Below, one piece after another: positions 1 to 24,100 of a DNA stretch of 64,000 bases (its first letter is position 1; every line of letters begins with the position of its first letter). Source of the stretch: Sphyrna mokarran (Eukaryota); the NCBI GenBank assembly GCA_024679065.1, contig JAGIQG010000017.1, positions 4,278,001 to 4,342,000 on the forward strand. Reading direction: 5' to 3'. The position numbers were made by a program, and so were the translations under genes. A model generated the notes under the pieces. The model had not been told where the DNA came from, ran no database searches, and saw nothing but the letters and a program-made list of their open reading frames with translations.

Positions 1-389
1 TTCTACAAAAAAGACCACTGCTTGTCCAATTTTTCTATTGATAGGATCTTCTGAACCCTACAAACATCAAAAAGCCTTAGATATTGATGAAACGCTTATA
101 ATCATGTTTCCCACACATCGCTCAGCTTTTCATGCATATATTGCAACCGTTAATGGATAGTTCAGCCCATCCGTGCCCTGGCACCATGAGAAATGAGATT
201 GAGAAAAATTGCATGGATTTCTGTGCCCAGCAGAGGGTAGCAAACACAGAAATTGCATCAGGAGCACCAACATTTTCTCATCTGAGACAGAAACTTATTT
301 TCTCTCCGTATAAAGCAATGCCCTGTATGTGACATCACACCCCAGGTACAGGCAGTGGAACTAATTCATGCTCTTTCCTTTTCCTCCAG

Positions 390-512
390 GTTTTCTTCCT
401 GTCCTCGCCCAGCAGTAGCCCGGTGTACTGCCTCCGATTCACTAGCTCACATCTGTATACTGCCTTGGCCCACGCACTTTACATGCTGGATTTTACACAC
501 TCTGACCCATAG
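390..512 (+). CDS. FBXW4: F-box/WD repeat protein 4 (dactylin), last coding exon; rest of gene lies upstream of the window
   Basis: Polypyrimidine acceptor ttccttttcctccAG|G at 388-390. Translates VFFLSSPSSSPVYCLRFTSSHLYTALAHALYMLDFTHSDP* (TAG 510-512), matching the recalled FBXW4 C-terminus (SSPVYCLRLTTKHLYAALSYNLHVLDF). Tail-to-tail with DPCD as in human. Not in the ORF track. Confidence 0.93.
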   Translation, partial: VFFLSSPSSSPVYCLRFTSSHLYTALAHALYMLDFTHSDP

Positions 513-834
513 CAGGGGAAATAAACTTGTGAGCACCGTTATAAAGTGGGGATCCCGATACTGTACATCAGAAGTCAGTACAACGTCAATCAATACTTCG
601 AATCAAGGAGTGTTCCTTCATACTCACAATGCAGGAAACCCTTTCAGGATCACGTTTTGGTTTTGTTAAAAATAGAAGAGGAACCCTTTATTTGCATCAA
701 ATTTTATATGACTAGTCTACTTCTCAGTTGATTCCTGCTACTATCCTCACCTGAAGAAGCTGCCGAGTGACATCTTGATGTTTGGAAGCAAATATTTTGT
801 AAAAAGAATTTACCCAGAATACTGCCTTGTTTCC

Positions 835-1115
835 CAAAAGATTCCACACTGCTTCACATGTAATCACAGTTATTATGTATGCAAACACAGCAGTCAATCT
901 GTGAACAAGATCCCTCAAACAATGAATGAAAAATAATCAGAAATACTTGTTTTCAGCAATAGTGATTCAGAAAGAAACTCTGAACCATAAAAGCTGGGAA
1001 AATATCTTGCTGATTGAAGCCAGCCATGGAGTTTAATGACCAGTCAGATCAGGTTTTTACTTCATCTCATTTAAAGCTCTGAAAATGTGGCACTCCCTCA
1101 ACATTGCTCTGATGT
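835..1115 (-). mobile_element. Decayed SINE, probably DeuSINE (SacSINE1/AmnSINE-like) family
   Basis: Reverse complement resembles the copies at 26.9-27.67 kb, 21.28/23.9 kb, 7.4-7.7 kb and 53.8-54.1 kb (..gggagtgc..gatgaga..ttaaac.. core; tail gctgtgtttcc..aca..). Family name is from memory. Confidence 0.45.
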
Positions 1116-1246
1116 TTCAGCGGAGATGGATACACTAATAAATACTGTTTCCTTGGGGAAAAGAATCCAGCAGCATTCCTGCTTGTGCTTGTTCGCTGTT
1201 TGTCGCAGCTTCTTGGATAAAGGTATCTGTATCCCAATAATGAACA

Positions 1247-2020
1247 AAGCTCCCATCAAACACTCCCAGGACAGGTACAACACAGGGTTAGATACAGAGT
1301 AAAGCTCCTTCTACACTGTCCCCCCCATCAAACACTCTCCCAGGACAGGTACAGCACAGGGTTAGATACAGAGTAAAGCTCCCTCTACACTGTCCCCCAT
1401 CAAACACTCCCAGGACAGGTACAGCACAGGGTTAGATACAGAGTAAAGCTCCCTCTACACTGTCCCCCCCATCAAACACTCCCAGGACAGTTACAGCACA
1501 AGGTTAGATAGAGAGTAAAGCTCCCGCTACACTGTTCCCCCATCAAACACTCCCAGGACAGGTACAGCACGGGGTTAGATACAGAGTAAAGCTCCCTCTA
1601 CACTGTCCCCCCATCAAACACTCCCAGGACAGGTACAGCACGGGGTTAGATACAGAGTAAAGCTCCCTCGACACTGTCCCCCATCAAACACTCCCAGGAC
1701 AGGTACAGCACAGGGTTAGATACAGAGTAAAGCTCCCTCTACACTGTCCCCCATCAAACACTCCCAGGACAGTTACAGCACAAGGTTTGATACAGAGTAA
1801 AGCTCCCGCTACACTGTTCCCCCATCAAACACTCCCAGGACAGGTACAGCACACGGTTAGATACAGAGTAAAGCTCCCTCTACACTGTCCCCATCAAACA
1901 CTCCCAGGACAGTTACAGCACAAGGTTAGATACAGAGTAAAGCTCCCGCTACACTGTTCCCCCATCAAACACTCCCAGGACAGGTACAGCACACGGTTAG
2001 ATACAGAGTAAAGCTCCCTC
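1247..2020 (+). repeat. ~70-bp minisatellite, about 11 units
   Basis: Unit ctccctctacactgtcccccatcaaacactcccaggacaggtacagcacagggttagatacagagtaaag is directly visible in tandem. Confidence 0.97.
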
Positions 2021-2426
2021 TGGTGAAACCTTAAATCAAATCCAGGTACCAAAGGTGAAAAAAATACCTTAAACTTAAAAATATAGAACAATACTTTTAA
2101 GAACAGCAGGCTGAGGGTATGGTATCTGGATCATGGATAACAAGCAGGGGCCCCAGATGTTATTTGTAATCAACAGCAAGAAGGGAGCTGTGTGAGTCAA
2201 ACATTAAACAGCTGGATGTTGTATTGCGAAGACAAGAGGATTGATTTTTCTGGAAGGATGTGCTGCATCAGGTGAATAAACTTTGTGAAAGTATTGTGCA
2301 CAATACTAAGCAAAAATGTAATTTCATCAAATTTTTAATACCCTTATGTCACTATCGTTCCCCCATTGTGTTGTCAGTGGAAGTTAAAACAAAATTATAA
2401 ACTCATTCAGACTGATTACGTATCAG

Positions 2427-2680
2427 AGGCAGCACAGTGGTTAGCACTGCTGCCCCACAGTGCCAGAGATCCGGGTTCAATTCCCAGCTTGGGTCACTGT
2501 CTTTGTGGAGTTTGCATGTTTTCCCATGTTTGCATGGGTTTCCTCTGACAGACTGAAAGATGTGCTGGTTAGTTATATTGAACCAAACAGGCACCGGAGT
2601 GTGGTGACTAGGGGGACTTTCACAGTAACTTAATTGCGGTGTTAATGTAAGCCTTACTTGTGACTAATAAATAAGCTTTT
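2427..2680 (+). mobile_element. tRNA-derived SINE (HE1/V-SINE type)
   Basis: A box (cagtggttagcactg), B box (gggttcaattccc), then the ..tgtggagtttgcatgtt..gggtttcctc domain. Many copies in the window. Confidence 0.85.
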
Positions 2681-3258
2681 TAAATAATCTATAACAGCCT
2701 TGTGAAACTGAGGTGATCCTACAGTCAGAAGGAGCATTTGTAACATATCAAATGTTGAGGCAAATATTTGGTTACTAAAAACCTAAACATGCAATCAGAA
2801 AATCAACTGTGATGGAATGATATATATTACAGGATGTACCTCCTAAATCCAAATCTTCACTTTATAGCTGTGTTGGGATTGGTGAATGTTGAGTGAAAGA
2901 AATAATGTGACCTGGTGATGATTGCCAGGATAATGAATAGCCGTCCTTTTCCTGTACTGGAATCATTGGTCCCTGTGGGGTACAGCGCTTTAATCAAGTC
3001 CTTTCAGAGTGTTAGTCTCAGTAACTCTCATTGCCATCATCCTCAGCACTAGAAACAAATAATTTAGGAAAAACATGACTAATTTCTCAGATAAAGGTGG
3101 TGAGGCACTGAATGATGAGAAAAGTGAATATTCAAGGGAAAAGATATGTTCAATTTATTTTCTCCCCAAATCAGTAGATCGACTGGAACAAAGTACTTCT
3201 GTGCCAATGATACTGGTCAATAAATCACACAATGCACATTTACTTTAAAAAGCAGTAA

Positions 3259-3264
3259 TTTATT
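3259..3264 (-). terminator. Probable DPCD polyadenylation signal (AATAAA)
   Basis: tttatt on + strand, ~265 nt past the DPCD stop codon. Confidence 0.55.
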
Positions 3265-3527
3265 GATGTTCTGCAATTTACAATGTGACTGAGAAATTTC
3301 TAATCCTCCAAAATAAAACCATTCCATCAAGCTTGCAATTTAATTTAAACCTCTATCCATTGCCATCAAGTTGTAAAGATCTGGGCCACGAAGTTCACGT
3401 TTAGCTGCACAGATGCTAAACACAATTAAAACACCACTTCTTACCCCGACCCATTCCTCAAAGTAGGATTCTGCGTTCAAATAGCTTCAGACAGGTCTGT
3501 GTGATTTTAAATGGTAAGTGTTCAGTT

Positions 3528-18113
<14,586 letters not shown>

Positions 18114-19799
18114 CTTACGACAACTTGCCCGGTCTCCCTGACAACCGCGGCCCCGCCCACCGACCCGAGGCTCCGCCCACCGACCCCGCGGCCTCAGTCA
18201 CGTGGCTGCACTGATTTAGTCGGAGTTTTAACGGAAAACCGAATTCCCGCCTTTGGGCCGATCATTGTAAACATTGACAAACACGGTGAACATTTGTAAA
18301 TATTATTAAAAGTTATTATTGATTTTATTCAGTGACTGTCCGAATGAGCCGGAAGTGCAGTGTGTTTCCGGTGCGGTGGGTAAGTGGTCAGGTAATTATC
18401 CCCAGCAGGAGGCCATTCAGCCCGTCCTTCCCGGTGAGGGATAGGAGTGACCGGGGGTGGTTTAAGCCGAGGGTTCCCCACCTCTCAGACCGGGGGCGAG
18501 GTGGAGGAATCACGGCCTTCCGCCGGGGCGGGATTTGAGCCCGCGCTGCTGGAGTCTGTCCACATCAGCAGCCCCCCCCCCCGTGCTGGCTGTCCCAATG
18601 AGAGCCCTCACCACCACTAAAACTTCTTAATGCTTATTTATTAGGGTCTCAAGTACATTAACGCTGCAATGAAGTTGCTGTGAAAATCCCACTAGCGCTC
18701 TGTCAGGCATCCGACTCCCAACTCCACTCTTTGGAAAAGGTTTTCCTCATGTCACTTTTATCAGTTATTTTAAACCTCTGGCTCTCCATCCTTTCACAGG
18801 ATCTCTCCTCTCCTCTGGCTGGACCTCTCCTGGTTTTTGAATACTTTCACCAGATCTCCTCTCAGCCCCTTTTTTTTCCCCTGAGGAAAACATTCCTGAT
18901 GTCTAAGTAACTAAAGTTCCTCATTCCTTGAACAATTTCAATGAATCTTTCCTCCCTTTTATAGATTAGAGGATTCTCTTCAATCGGATTTGAATGGGAT
19001 GTGGGGTCCTGATTGGCTGCTTCTCAATGGCGTTTGACCTGTTAATAGAAGATCATTTGTGCATGTAAAAGTGTTTTTTTCACATAAAGCACAATTTAAT
19101 TGTGTTTGTTCCTGGCAGCTAGCAATAAGAATAAATATCCTCCAGGACAGAAAAATTAGAAATACTTACATAAAGGTCACTGTTTAGTATCTTGTGGATG
19201 TGTTTATGAATTTTAACCAATGCATCCTCCCCATTATTTCCCCACTGGAAATCAAGGTATTTGCTTTTTCCATCCCCTAGCTGTACATAGATGTTCATTA
19301 ACAGTCTGATGAAAATCAGATAATGACATAGAAGAATGATTAAAACTGTGTTTATAAATTCTCAAAATAAAAATAGTTTGGGAAATAACCACTGAATCAT
19401 AGTTGATACATAAAGTGATAAATATATGAAAATGTTTCAACAAAGTTAAATCCAATTGCTGATGAGCATCAAGCTATGACCTAAAGTGGGTCAGCTTTGA
19501 CAAAGGGAAGTTTGGACTCAACATCAGCCTTTTTTCCTCTCCTGACAAATGCTGTCAAACTGCTGAGATTTTCCAGCATCTTCCCTTGTTTCAGATTCCA
19601 GCATCTGCAGTCATTTGCTTTTATCCAGCGTATTAATGCTTCCAGTCTTATTCAGGAAGCTATGAGAGATGGATGTTATGGGAAGTGACAAAAGTATACT
19701 GGTACATTAGATTTTATTTTTGGTTGGGACTGAATGGAGTTAGTTTTATTCTGTATCGAATGTCTGAAAGTGTTTGATGCTGATACTGGGCCTCAGATG

Positions 19800-20165
19800 G
19801 ATGTTGAGGGGAGACGTGATAGATTATGAGAGACATAGACAGGTTGAATAATCAGAGGCTTTTTCCCAGGTTAGAAGTGTCAGCTACAAAGAGGGCAGAG
19901 GTTCAAGATGAGAGGGGGAAAATTTAAGGGAGACATGCAGGGGAAGTTTTTTTACACAGAATGGTGGGTGTCTAGAACGAGCTGCCAGAGAAGGTGGTGG
20001 AAGCAGGCACATTAGCAACATTTAAGAGGCATCTGGATGAGTGCATGAATAGGGAGAAAATATTGGAATGTGGACCAAGTCAGGGCAAAAGATTTTTTAG
20101 TTTAGTTAGGGCATTGTGATCAGCATAGGCTTAGAGGGCTGAAGGACCTGTTCCAGTGTGGTACT
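19800..20165 (+). mobile_element. CR1 3' fragment
   Basis: ORF2 C-terminal remnant and gggctgaaggacctgtt tail. Confidence 0.75.
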
Positions 20166-21066
20166 TTTCTTTGTTTTTAAGGAAGTATTCTGTAGCCCAG
20201 TATTAACATAATTCACCATGAACACCAAAACCACACAGAAAAGATTAGCAGTCACTGCTCCCAGTAACCTGGTGAGTGAATCAGACCAGAAGAAAAGGGG
20301 AAGACAGCCATGAATTTTGACTCCTGTTTTTGTGATTCCTACTGAAAAGTGCATGTGTGTATTCATCTACAATCATTAGATTAAAACACTCTAGCAATTC
20401 AGATTGTTTTAAAAAGCTGGCTCTGCATGTTTTTGAGAAATGTAGACATAAGGGAGGCCTGACCACGGTCTACAAAATAATAATAGGTTCCATGTTATTT
20501 CAGTTAGATTGCAGAGGACCAAAGGTCAGTCTTGTAAGTTCTGTGAATAGAATGCTGTTACATGTTAAATGGTTCATTTCTCAGAATAAGAGGTTGCTGA
20601 CTCGTGAATTCTGATTTGCTCAATACAATCAAATGTGACCCAGGGATCAAGTCATACAACAGGTGGATACCAACTAAAATAATCCTGGTCAGTGTGGTCT
20701 TCTGCGTTAGTTTTGATTGCTTTAGGAAATTGAGAAACAAATTTTCCAAATTTCCTTTTACTGGAATTCATCTTGCGTTTTAATACTCTTTTAAACTGCC
20801 CCTGGTAGGTTGCATTAACCTAGCGAGTAGGAACAGTCTTAGTCATGAAGCATTATGTAGTTATACTAAACCAATAATCATGGATTAGGCCTCAGCTGAA
20901 GTATTTTGTCTGATTCCGGAGACAACGTTTTAGAATGGAAGCAAAGAAACGAGAAAATGGAAATGATCATGGAGCATTTGAGTATTCATACGGCAATCTT
21001 AAAATCTCGATTGTTGGAACAGGTTGATTCCCAGCTCAACCAGATTGAGAGTCACTCATGCAATGT

Positions 21067-21181
21067 ATGGAGCCTCGGGGGATTGTAAAGGCATTTCGGA
21101 AAGTGAAACGAGTGCAGGATATCCCACCAGCAAGCGCCAAAGTGACTGTGAAGAAAGCAAAGCCGAATGAAGTCAGTAAAG
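21067..21181 (+). CDS. POLL: POLL coding exon 1 (exon acceptor probably at 21023)
   Basis: [39 protein letters not shown]|GTAGAA; 115 coding nt, phase 1. Confidence 0.9.
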
Positions 21182-24100
21182 GTAGAAAATATTGTAACGT
21201 TAATCCTTATAGTGTGGATGTTTTAACAGACAGAAACTAAACAATCAAAAAGTGAATAACAAAAGGAAGGATGTGTATTTAGACTGGTCATTATTGCATT
21301 GCTGTTGGAAGTTGCTATGCACAACTGGCTGCTGTGTTTCCAACATAAGAACTCAGTAAGAATTTAGCAACACCAATTTATAATCCAACCGATTTATTTG
21401 ATAGTAAAATTGCGAGCTTTCGACACTGTGTCTTCCTCAGGCAAATGCAGTGTTCTGGTCTGCAATAGCACACATCAGCACAGACAGTCAGAGATTGCTG
21501 ATTAGAATGCGAATCCTTACATCTAACCTGCTATTCAAGTGTTAAAGTGGCTAACAATGTGTGTGAAGGGAATCCTGAGCATTGGTTAGAGAATTGTGTA
21601 TTTTCTCCAGACAGCACAGTAAGTGAGGTTTTTTGCTAACCCAGGCAAGTTACGGGGGTTACAGATAGTGTGTCATGAAGCCAAGATCCCTGTTAAGACC
21701 GTCCTCATGTGTGCGGAGCTTGGCTATCAGTCTCTGCTCAGCGACTCTGCGCTGTCGTGTATCACGAAGGCCCCCTTGAAGAACATTTACCCGCAGGTCG
21801 GAGGCCGAATGCCCATGACTGCTGAAGTGTTCGCCCACAGGAAGGGAACTGTTTTGCCTGGTGATTGTTGAGCGATGCTCATTCATCCGCTGTCGTAGTG
21901 TCTGCATGGTCTCCCCAATGTACCATGCTTCGGGACATCCTTTCTTGCAACGTATTAGGTAGACAACGTTGGCCGAGTTGCAAGAGTATGTACCGTGTAC
22001 CTGGTGAATGGTATCCTCACGTTTGATGATGTCGTCCATGTCTATGATCTGGCATGTCTTGCAGAGGTTGCTGTGGCAGGGTTGTGTGGTATTGTGGTCA
22101 CTGTTCTCCTGAAGGTTGGGTAGTTTGCTGCGAACAATGATCTGTTTGAGGTTGTGCGGTTGTCTGAAAGCAAGAAGTGGGAGGGTGGACACCAACATCC
22201 CCCACGACAATGGTATTGCTGCAACTGCCTCAGTACTCAATGCCAATAACTGCCAGTTTCCGGATGCAATTTTACAACTCATCGGCTTCATCTTGGACCA
22301 CAATATCTTCACCTTCAACAATCAGCTTTTCATCCAGACACACGGAACAGCCATGGGGACCAAATTCGCACCTCAGTATGCCAACATCTTCATGCACAGG
22401 TTCGAACAAGACTTCTTCACCACACGAGATCTCCAACCAAGGTTATATACTAGATACATTGATGACATCTTTTTCCTTTGGACTCATGGTGAACAATCAT
22501 TGAAACAACTGTATGATGATATCAACAAGTTCCATCCCACCATCAGACTCACCATGGACTATTCTCCAGAATCAGTTGCATTCTTGGACACACGCATCTC
22601 CATCAAGGACGGTCACCTCAGCACCTCACTGTACCGCAAACCGACAGACAACCTCACAATGCTCCACTTCTCCAGCTTCCACCCTAGACACGTTAAAGAA
22701 GCCATTCCCTATGGACAAGCCCTCCGTATACACAGAATTTGCTCAGATGAGAAGGATCGTGACAGACACCTCCAGACACTGAAGGATGCCCTCGTGAGAA
22801 CAGGATATGGCGCTCGACTCATCGATCGACAGTTCCAACGTGCCACAACGATAAACCGCACTGATCTCCTCAGAAGACGAACACGGGACACGGTGGACAG
22901 AGTACCCTTTGTTGTCCAGTACTTCCCCGGAGCGGAGAAGCTACGACATCTTCTCCGGAGTCTTCAACATATCATTGATGACGATGAACATCTCGCTAGG
23001 GCCATCCCCACCCCCCCACTTCTTGCTTTCAGACAACCGCACAACCTCAAACAGATCATTGTTCGCAGCAAACTACCCAACCTTCAGGAGAACAGTGACC
23101 ACAATACCACACAACCCTGCCACAGCAACCTCTGCAAGACATGCCGGATCATAGACATGGACGACATCATCAAACGTGAGGATACCATTCACCAGGTACA
23201 CGGTACATACACTTGCAACTCGGCCAACGTTGTCTACCTAATACGTTGCAAGAAAGGATGTCCCGAAGCATGGTATATTGGGGAGACCATGCAGACACTA
23301 CGACAGCGGATGAATGAGCATCGCTCAACAATCACCAGGCAAAACAGTTCCCTTCCTGTGGGCGAACACTTCAGCAGTCATGGGCATTCGGCCTCCGACC
23401 TGCGGGTAAATGTTCTTCAAGGGGGCTTTCGTGATACACGACAGCGCAGAGTCGCTGAGCAGAGACTGATAGCCAAGCTCCGCACACATGAGGACGGTCT
23501 TAACAGGGATCTTGGCTTCATGACACACTATCTGTAACCCCCGTAACTTGCCTGGGTTAGCAAAAAACCTCACTTACTGTGCTGTCTGGAGAAAATACAC
23601 AATTCTCCAACAATGCTCAGGATTCCCTTCACACACATTGTTAGCCACTTTAACACTTGAGTAGCAGGTTAGATGTAAGGATTCGCATTCTAATCAGCAA
23701 TCTCTGACTGTCTGTGCTGATGTGTGCTATTGCAGACCAGAACACTGTTGTGGGACAGTGTCGAAAGCTCGCAATTTTACTATCAAATAAATCGGTTGGA
23801 TTAAAAATTGGTGTTGCTAAATTCTTACTGAGTTCTTACCACCCCAATCCAACGCCGGCATCTTTACATCATTTCCAACATAAGGACAGTGATTACACTT
23901 CAAAAGCAATGCATTGACTGTAAAACATGTTGGCACTTTCCGAGACCGGGGAAGGCTCTATCCGAATCCAAGTCTTTTATTTATTTACCATCGTAATATT
24001 GACAATGCAAACCAAATTGGCAACACGGCAGCAATTTTCAGTAAAGAAAGATCCATCTAGAAGAACATAAGAAATAGGAGCAGGAGTAGGCTATCTAGCC

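Noticed and set aside
1247-2020. CRISPR-like array
   Set aside because: The units are contiguous with no unique spacers, and the context is eukaryotic; it is a minisatellite.
2427-2495. tRNA genes
   Set aside because: The A/B boxes belong to SINE heads that continue into SINE body and tail; no complete cloverleaf seen.
22116-22188. N-terminus of the 473-aa ORF, and the 220-aa minus ORF 21659-22321, as genuine proteins
   Set aside because: Both read across the inversion junction of the Penelope insertion, so they are chimeric frames. The RT also lacks motif A.
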